From the NCBI GenBank assembly GCA_038207085.1, contig JBBRAE010000031.1, forward strand, positions 1 through 31,973: a DNA stretch of 31,973 bases, given 5' to 3'. The position numbers were made by a program, and so were the translations under genes. Positions 19,112-27,778 of the stretch are shown here, one piece after another. The notes beneath the pieces were generated by a model. It was not told the origin of the DNA and did not search any database. It saw nothing but the letters and a program-made list of their open reading frames with translations. Numbering within the stretch: position 1 is the stretch's first letter; each line of letters opens with the position of its first letter. Origin of the DNA: Armatimonadota bacterium (GTDB lineage Bacteria > Armatimonadota > UBA5829 > DTLH01).

Positions 19112-19612
19112 ATGAACACTTTGCAGATCCGACCAGCCGAAAAATCCGACGCCCAAGCGATGACCGACATCTACAACTACGCCATAGAGAACCTGACTGC
19201 GACCTTCGACACTGTGCCCTCGACCGTCGAGTCGCGCCTCACGTGGCTGGACGAGCACGTCGGCCCGTACCCCGCAATCGTCGCCGAACAGGGCGGCGAG
19301 GTCGCAGGCTGGGGTTCTCTAAGCCCGTTTCACGAGCGCCCGGGCTGGCGCTTTACCGTCGAAAACGCCGTCTACGTCCGCCCCGACAAGTGCGGGCTGG
19401 GCATCGGCAAGGCGATCCTCGCGCGCCTGATCGAGCTCGCCCGCGAACACGGCCACCACGCCATAATCGCCCAGATAGCCGGAGACAACACCCCAAGCAC
19501 AAAACTCCACCAGAAGTTCGGCTTCGAAACCGTAGGCGTCCTGAAAGAAGCGGGCCACAAGTTCGGCCACTGGGTAGACGTAGTGCTGATGGAGAAGTTG
19601 ATCGAGCCTTAA
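19112..19612 (+). CDS. GNAT N-acetyltransferase (phosphinothricin acetyltransferase Pat/YncA family)
   Basis: 'IYNYAI...TATFD', 'TVENAVYV...G.GIGK', 'N..S.KLH.KFGF..VG', 'KFG.W.D'. Confidence 0.9.
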   Translation: MNTLQIRPAEKSDAQAMTDIYNYAIENLTATFDTVPSTVESRLTWLDEHVGPYPAIVAEQGGEVAGWGSLSPFHERPGWRFTVENAVYVRPDKCGLGIGKAILARLIELAREHGHHAIIAQIAGDNTPSTKLHQKFGFETVGVLKEAGHKFGHWVDVVLMEKLIEP

Positions 19613-19627
19613 AGCGTAACAGCAGAG

Positions 19628-19655
19628 CTTTACACTTTGCACTTTTCACTTTACA
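19628..19655 (+). repeat. Heptamer tandem repeat (CTTTNCA x4)
   Basis: CTTTACA CTTTGCA CTTTTCA CTTTACA immediately before the polymerase ATG. Confidence 0.7.
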
Positions 19656-19664
19656 CTAGCTCTT

Positions 19665-21809
19665 ATGCTGGACACTCAAACCATACTATTTGGCAGCGAC
19701 CCTCTCGAAGGGATCATGGCTGTGGAGCCTGCCGGGGACCGGGTGGCGATCTACCGGCGCGTCGACGGTGGAGTTGTGCGCGAAGATCGGGAGTTCACTC
19801 CCTGGCTCGTCGCGGCAGAGAAGCTCGACCTGCTGTCGGCCCGATGGACGGAGCTTGAGGGCGACGGCTACTACAGACAGCTTGCGACCTTCCCCAACTG
19901 GAACGCGGCCCGGGCGGCGCGCTTCAAGCTTCGGGATGAACACGCGAGCGCGATAGCCTACCCGAGCGCGGTCAAGCAGTATCTGACGATGTCCGGGCAG
20001 ACTATGTTCAAAGGTATGGGCTACGCAGACGTTCACAGGCTGCAGCTCGACATCGAGACGCTGGGGCTTTCTCCCGACCCGCCGGAGAACGCAATATTTC
20101 TCATCGCCATCTCCGACAACCGAGGCTTTGAGACTGTGCTTGAAGGCACTGAAAGAGATATGCTCACGCGGATGGTCGAGATCTTGCGCGAGCTTGACCC
20201 GGATGTGATCGAGGGGCACAACATCATCGGCTTCGACCTGCCCTACATTGCCAAACGCGCGGCGATGTGTGGGGTGAGAGTCGGCATCGGGCGCGATGGG
20301 TCGGAGATGACGGTCGGCTACGAGCAGAACACAAGCATCGGAGCGATCAGCCGCAGCCTTACTCCTTACCACGTGCATGGGCGGCATATCATCGACACCC
20401 TGATCGGGGTGCAGCGCTACGACATCTCCCGCGGGGTGCTCTCCAGCTACGGCTTGAAAGAGTGCGCGCGGGTGTTTGGCATCGCATGTGAGGGGCGCAT
20501 CGAGATTCCACACGAGAAGATCGCCGAGGTATGGGGGCGGGACCCGGAGAGGGTCAAGACCTACGCGCTCCAGGACGTGATCGAGACTCGCAGGCTCTCT
20601 GAGCTTGTGAGCCCGGCTGAGTTCTTCCTCACTGAGATGATCCCCGACAGCTACTCCAGCGTCGCGACTACCGGGACCGGCGAGAAGATCAACAGCATCC
20701 TCTTGCGCGAGTATCTGCGGCAGGGGAGAGCTATCCCGCGTCCGCAGCTTCCCCGCGAGGTGCCGGGAGGCTACACAGAGGTGCGGATGACGGGGCTTAT
20801 CAACCGCGTCGTGAAGTGCGACGTTGAGAGCCTCTACCCGAGCCTTATGATTACCCACTGCATCGCGCCGGCATCCGACAAACTTGGGATATTTATCCCC
20901 GCGCTCTATGAGCTCACGCGCAGGCGGATCGATGCCAAGGGACGGGCGAAAGCGTCGGCGGGGCAGGAGCGGGCTTATTGGGACGGGCTGCAGAGCTCGT
21001 TCAAGACCCTCATCAACAGCTTCTACGGCTACCTTGGAGCGGTGACCTTTAACTTCAACGACTATGACGCCGCCGAGCGCATCACCACCGAGGGGCAGGC
21101 GACGGTCAAGAGGATCGCCGAGGAGCTTGTGGCTACAGGTAGCGGCGTGATTGAGATCGACACGGACGGCGTCTATTTCCAGCCGCCGGAGGGCGTCGAC
21201 GGGGAGGAGTCCGAGACCCGCTACATCGAGGAGATCGGGCGCGTGCTCCCTGCGGGGATCAGGCTTGCGCATGACGGGCGCTACCAGGCGATGCTCTCGC
21301 TCAAGGTCAAGAATTACGTGCTCGTCGGCTATAGGGGCGAGCGGGTGTTCAGGGGCGCGTCGATGCGTTCGCGGGCTGATGAGCTCTTTGGGCGCGAGTT
21401 TATCGCTCGTGCGGTCGACCTCTTGGTCGAGGGCAAACCGGGCGAGGTCGCGGAGCTTTATCGGCAGATCGCAGGCGACATCGAGGCCAAGCGGCTGCCA
21501 CTTCTCAAGTTTGTGCGGCGTGAGAGGATCACGGAAAAGACCTTCACATCCGCCGCCCGCCGCAGGCTCGCTGAAGCGGCGCGTGGGGCGTCGGTGGGCG
21601 AGTATATCAGCGTTTATCAGCGCGCTGACGGCTCGATCGGGCGCGCGGAGAACTACGCGAACGACGAGGATACGCGCTACCTGCTGGACAAGCTCTATAA
21701 GTTTGCGAGCAGGCTCCGGGAGGCGTTTGGGAGCGAGTTTGACGCGCTCTTCCCGAAGCCATCGGCCAAGACCAAGGCAGAGGCGGCCGGGCAGCAGACG
21801 CTGTTCTGA
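19665..21809 (+). CDS. polB: Family B DNA polymerase with 3'-5' exonuclease
   Basis: ExoI LDIET, ExoII HNIIGFDLPY, ExoIII YALQD; pol motifs DVESLYPS, KTLINSFYGY, IDTDG, KNY. Confidence 0.9.
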   Translation: MLDTQTILFGSDPLEGIMAVEPAGDRVAIYRRVDGGVVREDREFTPWLVAAEKLDLLSARWTELEGDGYYRQLATFPNWNAARAARFKLRDEHASAIAYPSAVKQYLTMSGQTMFKGMGYADVHRLQLDIETLGLSPDPPENAIFLIAISDNRGFETVLEGTERDMLTRMVEILRELDPDVIEGHNIIGFDLPYIAKRAAMCGVRVGIGRDGSEMTVGYEQNTSIGAISRSLTPYHVHGRHIIDTLIGVQRYDISRGVLSSYGLKECARVFGIACEGRIEIPHEKIAEVWGRDPERVKTYALQDVIETRRLSELVSPAEFFLTEMIPDSYSSVATTGTGEKINSILLREYLRQGRAIPRPQLPREVPGGYTEVRMTGLINRVVKCDVESLYPSLMITHCIAPASDKLGIFIPALYELTRRRIDAKGRAKASAGQERAYWDGLQSSFKTLINSFYGYLGAVTFNFNDYDAAERITTEGQATVKRIAEELVATGSGVIEIDTDGVYFQPPEGVDGEESETRYIEEIGRVLPAGIRLAHDGRYQAMLSLKVKNYVLVGYRGERVFRGASMRSRADELFGREFIARAVDLLVEGKPGEVAELYRQIAGDIEAKRLPLLKFVRRERITEKTFTSAARRRLAEAARGASVGEYISVYQRADGSIGRAENYANDEDTRYLLDKLYKFASRLREAFGSEFDALFPKPSAKTKAEAAGQQTLF

Positions 21810-22587
21810 TAGAGCGGTAATTTCGGGGTTCTGGTGAAACGATTTCGTGCTCGCTTTGAGCTTGGGGGGATTTCGTTTTGTCGGTTTTTGTATGGTGGGC
21901 TCATTTGTTTCCTGAACCACTGAGGTGATGAATGTTTTGAGGGCACTGAATGTCTTCACTTGGTGATGTCTCCTTTCTGGTGAGTTAGCTGTGGTGCTGG
22001 GTGTATAGCCTCTGGATGGCTTCGGGGTTGGTATGGAGTGCGGCATCTTGATGCCGCTTTGTTTTTCGGCTGCAGACTGCTTCTTCGGGCGTCAGGGTAT
22101 GGCTGTCGCCCGAAAGCAAGGCGCCGTCGAGACGACGCACTCCGAAAAGTATTCTCCCATATTATAAGACTAACTGCCAGGTTAATCAGTCATTTCAACG
22201 CAAGCTGACGCCACATCTCTGCCAAAGGTCTATCAGCCTCCCAACTCACCATACTCAGCAAGACGACTCCCGCATATCCATTCCGGTGTTGATCCCTCTC
22301 GTAGCTGGGACAGACTCGATTTGCTATAACAGGTTGACTGCCGTACATGCTATAATATGGCCGAGATACTCGCGTTCTCTTTGAGGGTCAATCCGTGAAC
22401 GAAGCCGATACCTGCAGAATCCACATAACGCCCGCACTCCATAGCGCCGGAGTGGGATACCATCATTCGAACTTCACCGAGGACTACGAGGTGAACTCGA
22501 AGCGTCTAATGGCCAAGTGATGCAGCATCATGCACAAACATCCGTGAGAATGGTAGCGGGCTATCGCACACTTCAGGAGGGTTTCTG

Positions 22588-24351
22588 ATGTCTTCAGCAC
22601 GTTTCAGAGTCGATCCGCGTCTTGCGACGCTTCTGGGTGAGAGCTATCGATCTACCGAACGAGCTCTTAAGGAGTTGGTAGACAACGCCTGGGATGCCGA
22701 TGCGCAGAACGTCTGGATCGAGCTACCGGACATTGTATCGGATCAGCCTATAGTTATCCGCGACGACGGCAGCGGCATGACCGAGCAGGAAATCCATCAG
22801 GAGTACCTCGCTGTCGCGAGCGATAGACGCACGCGCAAAGGCACGACGACCGTTATAAAGAAGCGCACCGTCAAGGGTCGCAGGGGCATCGGGAAGTTTG
22901 CCGGCCTGGTGGCGGCGAGCACGATGACTGTCGAAACGAAAGTGAAAGGCGTCATAACCTCGCTCACAATGGCGAAATCCGCTATCCTTGAAGTAGCCAA
23001 AGACCTGGAGGAGGTCGATCTGCCGGTTCAGATTTCGGCCTGCGGCAGCGACGAACATGGAACGACAATCACACTCAGCGACCTCAATCAGAACCTCGAA
23101 GCGCCTAAGCCCGATGTCCTAAAGGAATTGCTCGCTCTCGAATACGGTCGAGATCGTGATTTTACCATTTTCGTGAATGGCGAGCAGTTGGGTTTCCAGG
23201 ACATCCCAGGCGAGGCTTTCTCGTACAATGACGAACTGCCGGGAGTTGGTAAAGTAAATCTGCAGTTCAAGGTTATGGAGAGCGGCAGACCGCTGGCAAA
23301 GGCTGGCATAGTGACCCGCGTTGATGGCAAGATAGTCGGTAAGCCGAGTTTCTTCGGTCTGGACGAGCGAGATGATTTTCCCAAGAAGTTGCTCCACAGG
23401 ATAAGCGGAGAAATAGCCGCCGACGGCCTCGAAGGCGACGTGACAGCAGACTGGGGAGCGATCATTGAGAACAGCAAGGCGCGACAGGCAGTGCAAGAAT
23501 GGGCTCAGGAGCACCTGAATCGAGATGTAGAAGTTGTCTTTGAGCGCGAGATCAAGACCGCACAGGCTCAACTGAACCGCCAGATTCGGGAACGTCTGAG
23601 GCAGCTACCTGAGTACAGACGCCAGTTCGCTCAAGAAGCGCTGGACAGGGTAATGCGAAAGTTCTCCGACTTGCCAATTGAGAAAAGGAATATCCTGGCG
23701 TCACTCGTACTCGATGCTATGGAGAAAGATGAGTATTTCCAGGTATGTCAGAGGATCTACGCTGCCCGCGACGGTGACATCTCCAACTTGGCCGACGCGC
23801 TCAACTCATTCGGCTTGGTGGCTATGACCACAATGGCATACTCCGCTCACTCTAGAATAGTATTGCTGAACGGTCTCGACAATTTGGCACTTAATCCGGC
23901 TACTCTCGAAATGGAGATGCACAAAGCCCTCGAATCCAACCTGTGGGTTCTCGGCCCGGAATACTCGCTGATGGCCTCCAATCAGACTCTCAAGAAGACC
24001 ATTGAGCAATTTTCCGACAAGAAGTTCTCTGGTGCGAGGGCCAACAAACGGCCCGATCTGCTCCTGGCACAGGATATGCCCGATCGCATGCTGTTGGTCG
24101 AGTTCAAGAAACCGTCAGACTCCCTGACCCGTGACCACGAAAGCCAAGCCAAGAAATACAGGGACGATCTGCAAACGAAGTTCCCTGGCAAGAAGATCGA
24201 CATAGTGCTCATCGGCGGCCAGAAAAGCGCCGGTATCACACACGTTGACGGCGACACTCGGTTTTCTTCGTACAAAGAAGTCATCTCCAACGCCCGTAAT
24301 CAGATGGAGTGGCTGCTCCGGGAGTTGCTGAGCGTCAACCAGAACGACTAA
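22588..24351 (+). CDS. GHKL (HATPase_c_3 / MORC-like) ATPase fused to a C-terminal PD-(D/E)XK nuclease-like domain
   Basis: ALKELVDNAWDADA, IRDDGSGM, GRRGIGK, HGTTITL; C-terminal E..MH..L..NLW...RPDLLL...LLVEFKKP...QAKKY. AGGAGG SD. Confidence 0.82.
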   Translation: MSSARFRVDPRLATLLGESYRSTERALKELVDNAWDADAQNVWIELPDIVSDQPIVIRDDGSGMTEQEIHQEYLAVASDRRTRKGTTTVIKKRTVKGRRGIGKFAGLVAASTMTVETKVKGVITSLTMAKSAILEVAKDLEEVDLPVQISACGSDEHGTTITLSDLNQNLEAPKPDVLKELLALEYGRDRDFTIFVNGEQLGFQDIPGEAFSYNDELPGVGKVNLQFKVMESGRPLAKAGIVTRVDGKIVGKPSFFGLDERDDFPKKLLHRISGEIAADGLEGDVTADWGAIIENSKARQAVQEWAQEHLNRDVEVVFEREIKTAQAQLNRQIRERLRQLPEYRRQFAQEALDRVMRKFSDLPIEKRNILASLVLDAMEKDEYFQVCQRIYAARDGDISNLADALNSFGLVAMTTMAYSAHSRIVLLNGLDNLALNPATLEMEMHKALESNLWVLGPEYSLMASNQTLKKTIEQFSDKKFSGARANKRPDLLLAQDMPDRMLLVEFKKPSDSLTRDHESQAKKYRDDLQTKFPGKKIDIVLIGGQKSAGITHVDGDTRFSSYKEVISNARNQMEWLLRELLSVNQND

Positions 24352-24360
24352 CAGCAACCT

Positions 24361-25083
24361 TCAGCGCAGCGCACCGTCATCCTTGAACGCCATGTTGTGC
24401 GCTATGCCAAGGTTCCAGTATATCTGCCCGAACAGATCTCGGGCAAGACGGCTGGTGTTCTCCTCGAACAGGTCGGGCAATCCTGCTTCAGCAGCTACCT
24501 GAACAAAGGGTGTGTGAACAGGTGCCCAGTCGTGGCGATTGGCATAGTCCAATCGGCAGCCCTTTATGCCGCCGAGTGTCAGGATTGCCCGGAACTGGCT
24601 ACCGGCCGCAATGTCGCAGAACAGAACAGCCAGCACCCTCAGTTGCTGCAATATCTTCCTCGCCAGATATTGATGAGGCAGTATCTCCGCTGGTTGCTCG
24701 ATCCGACGCACCCATCCAAAGTCAATCCGGCCAGATTGTCGCAGTTTGACATACTCCTCGCGGATTCCATCATGGGTATACTCGGTGGTCGCTCCGTAGT
24801 CGGTCGGCTTGGCGCTATTTCCGAAGTGCTGGTTCAGATGCTGAATGCACGCCATTTTCGACAAGGAAAGAGGCTCCGTCGGAATCAGTGCGACGTTCAT
24901 CAGAACCGTGTCGGTAGGATGGTCATACAAACCATCGGATACGATTGGCAAGTCTGTGTCCCTAGCGAGCAGCACTTTGCTGCTCCCTTCCTCGACGACC
25001 GTACCGACAGCGTTCCAGAACTGCTGCCCCAGATCGTTCAGTAGTTCCATGTTCAGACCAACCAGCTTGTATTCAACTGCCAT
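24361..25083 (-). CDS. Hypothetical protein, probably co-transcribed with the DUF4062 gene
   Basis: 240-aa ORF, GAGGAG SD, starts ~30 bp after the DUF4062 stop, globular composition. Confidence 0.65.
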   Translation of the reverse strand: MAVEYKLVGLNMELLNDLGQQFWNAVGTVVEEGSSKVLLARDTDLPIVSDGLYDHPTDTVLMNVALIPTEPLSLSKMACIQHLNQHFGNSAKPTDYGATTEYTHDGIREEYVKLRQSGRIDFGWVRRIEQPAEILPHQYLARKILQQLRVLAVLFCDIAAGSQFRAILTLGGIKGCRLDYANRHDWAPVHTPFVQVAAEAGLPDLFEENTSRLARDLFGQIYWNLGIAHNMAFKDDGALR

Positions 25084-25114
25084 GCCATGCGCTCCTCACC
25101 TTCGGCAACCCCTC

Positions 25115-26182
25115 TTATTCTTCCGGCCTGCGTTCATTGCGGAAACGACGACGAAAAAGCTCCACCATATCTTCCGCCACTGCTGCCCAGTCGGCGGGTG
25201 ACGCTGGCATATCGCGTTGCTCTGGTGAACCGGGCACGATCACTGGCGTAGACCCATCACCGGGAAACATATGTCCCGTGTGTTGCTCACCTGAAGGGCG
25301 CGGGCCGAACATTCTGTGTCCCATATTGAGCAGTCCCGCCGTCACATACACCGTCCCAGCATATCCATATACAGTCTGATATGTGTCAGCAGAAAACGCC
25401 GCTAACCTCGTCAGGATATCCCTGACATCCTCCTGGTCAACCAAGAAGAGGTTGCCCATATCAAGGTGAGACTTCCTCTCATGCCTCAGGACCTTGGCGG
25501 AGACCAATAATCCACCACAGGTGGCAATCACGAGAGACTGCGGTTGTCGTCCTCCGTTGGACTGAAAGAGACGCAGACTATCCTCGTCAACAGCCTCATC
25601 AAGGCCAAGTTTTCGGTCGAAGAAGCCATGCTTGCCATAGGTCAAGCTCTGCGCCATTGTGCGCTTCATGTCTTCATCGCCAACTTGCTTGGTGCTGAGT
25701 CGAACGCCTGTGTTTGTAGGCAGACAGGACAGCACTACGGTCGTATCGTCACCCGACCACGTTCGATCACTGAAGATGGCCTGGAATTCCGCCGATGCAT
25801 CGGTAGCACGTCTCATTTGAGAACCCGCCTCCTTCTGATACCGGCTAAGCGCCTTTACGATCTCATCTTTCAGTTCCTCAGGGTTGCCAAACGAGCCTCT
25901 GAATAGACCGTTCCCATAATCTTCGACCTTCTTGACGAAATCCTGTTGGCGTTTCTCCTTACTCTCAGTAGAAACGAATGCAAACCGAGGTTTGCAGCGC
26001 CGGACAGCCTCATCATACTCCTGCTCCGTTACCGATATTCCATCTGGAGTTATCCAGCCATATCGCGGCCCGAGTATGAGTATGTAGACTTCGCTACTGG
26101 CGACTTCCGAAAGGCAGGCTTGCTCTGGGGTGTGGGGTCGTGCGCCGAAATCCTCGGCCATGATAGGAGTGTGGTGCAGAAT
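25115..26182 (-). pseudogene. DUF4062-domain protein, N-terminally truncated
   Basis: 'HTPIMAEDFGARP..PEQACL.EV..SEVYILILG.RYG...SVTEQEY.EA' is DUF4062-like, but the usual leading xFISS strand is missing: in-frame TGA TGA at 26192-26197. May still be translated from ATG 26161. Confidence 0.7.
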
Positions 26183-26184
26183 AT

Positions 26185-26858
26185 GAACCCCTCATCATTC
26201 AGGAACCTGGAGACTTTCGTGTGCGTGTACCCTTGTAGCCTTAGGTCAACCAGTCGGCGCATCGTCTCCGCATGCTCGTTTAGCACATAGCTATCGTCGT
26301 TTCTTGTGAGCCAGAACACCGGCTGGGCATGGAGTTTCCCATTCTTCACGGCAGCGAGCGCCGCCGCGCTTACCCATTCGGAGATATTTTCCGATTCCAT
26401 CTCCGCAACGGCAAGGAGGATGGTCGTCATCAGCTTCCCAGACGGAGTGCTGGTATCTATCTTCTGCTTTATGCAATGGACGCTGCAATCGGTCTTCCCG
26501 AACTCCTCGAAGAGATGCAGTCCCTCCTGGACGTTACGCGCGAACCTCGACATTTTAAAGAAGATAATGGAGTCGTAGTCGCCACTTCTGGCTTCCTCAA
26601 GAAGGGCACCCAACCTGGCCGCTTTTGCCACTTGAGGCGCGAGGCGGACTTGTCGATGTCAACGTGCCTGAGTGATGCCTCTTCGTCAAGCTGGTAACCC
26701 TTCATGTGCAGCCGCACATAGTCCCTGGCGGCGTCGAGCTGTATCTCTGGTGAGAGGAAATCTCCGTTCCCCTCACCTTTGCCTCTTACTCCCTGGTGGC
26801 TGACCCTGATGTAGCATCGGGCCACCCTTGTTGTCTCTGTGTCTGTGCTCTTCCGCAT
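26185..26858 (-). pseudogene. Large serine recombinase, frameshifted and C-terminally truncated
   Basis: YIRVS catalytic motif, 'SPEIQ', 'KRPG' in one frame; continues 'LGALLEEARSG...KMSRFARN...IDTSTPSGKLM..ILLAVAEMESENISE' in another (1-nt loss at ~26612). Homology stops at 'FLNDEGF' ~26185. Confidence 0.85.
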
Positions 26859-26962
26859 GTTTTATTCTTTCTCTCCAATTCTTCTCGAAACGTTGTATAA
26901 GGCTCGATAACTACATGAACTCGATGTTCACTAACTAACACTTTGAGAGGAAATAGAAGAAA

Positions 26963-27160
26963 ATGACAAAAGAAGAATCCTGCACAGAACGAGCCGACGT
27001 AATCGCCGCTATCCTGTCGGCCAACTCCCTGATTGATGAAGCCCAAGCGACCGAGGTCTACAATATCCTCGATGCCGCCAGAATACTCCTGGCCATCCCG
27101 AGAGGCCAGCGAATAGTCGTCAGCAAGTCTGATTACCCGCAAGGGCCATCGGGCCATTAG
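26963..27160 (+). CDS. Small hypothetical protein (65 aa)
   Basis: GAGAGG SD-like sequence upstream of ATG; amphipathic helical-looking sequence; divergent from the left recombinase. Confidence 0.4.
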   Translation: MTKEESCTERADVIAAILSANSLIDEAQATEVYNILDAARILLAIPRGQRIVVSKSDYPQGPSGH

Positions 27161-27778
27161 ACCCGCGTCCCCATAGACACTCACCTGGGCAGAGGGCTTC
27201 CTGACCCCAACCCAGGTGAGCGACGGCACCGGCCCGAGAGGGCCGTGATACATTTCACTGGATATATGTAATCTGGAACCCGCATTCATCTGTGTCAATT
27301 CTGTGATGTCGCCGCTTCCGCTTGGCATCAGTTCGTTTTGCATAGTCTTCGTCCTCATCCCTTTCTCTCTGTGAACCCAACCGTAGTTTCAATGTTGTTA
27401 TTGTTCGGCTTTGGGTTTATCTGCATCGGCCCCGAAAGATTTGTCTGATCTTTCGGAGGGCAGCGAGGGGACGGCCTGAGCCGGGCGCAGCCCATGGAGC
27501 GGTTCGCCCCTCTCGGTACCTGATAAGAAGGGCAATGGAGCAACCGACCCGCGCTTTTCGGCGCGGGTCGGTTGCTGGACGAGCGGTAGATTATCTACCG
27601 CCTTGGATGAGCTTGCGCTGAAGAAGAGTTGCCTGTAAGATGAGGATGTGCAACGGGCGGAGAAATCCGCCCCAAGGCCCTACTGGGCCATGTTCAAGGC
27701 TGGCGCAATAGCGCCACCGACCTGAAGGTTGCCCCTGCCAGGGCAGCCTTCAGTCCATCTCTACAGGAACTACTTTCA
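27130..27778 (+). ncRNA. Candidate large structured non-coding RNA
   Basis: About a dozen stems, three GNRA tetraloops (GCAA 27139, GAGA 27236, GAAA 27662), G-U wobbles compatible with the + strand, and a long-range helix 27623-27642 / 27756-27776 closing four hairpins. Confidence 0.6.

Noticed and set aside
19686..22046. 786-aa ORF on the - strand
   Set aside because: Almost entirely antisense to the well-supported polB; a shadow ORF of GC-rich codon usage with no recognisable motifs.
22334..22356. TTGACT...TATAAT as a standard sigma-70 promoter for the GHKL gene
   Set aside because: The spacer is only 11 bp; at most an extended -10 (TGCTATAAT), not supportable further.
21810..22587. Island attachment site or tRNA target
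   Set aside because: No tRNA-like sequence and no direct repeat matching the right end of the window was found.
26786..27358. 190-aa - strand ORF
   Set aside because: No recognisable domain; overlaps the recombinase start, the 65-aa ORF and the structured region. It has a weak SD, so it is not fully excluded.
27478..27505. GAGCCG...CGGTTC resembling group II intron domain 5
   Set aside because: The internal stem, bulge and loop do not match D5 geometry; no D6, GUGYG 5' end or reverse transcriptase seen.
27618..27624. CTGAAGA as a hammerhead ribozyme core
   Set aside because: No GAAA follows the adjoining helix in the required position.
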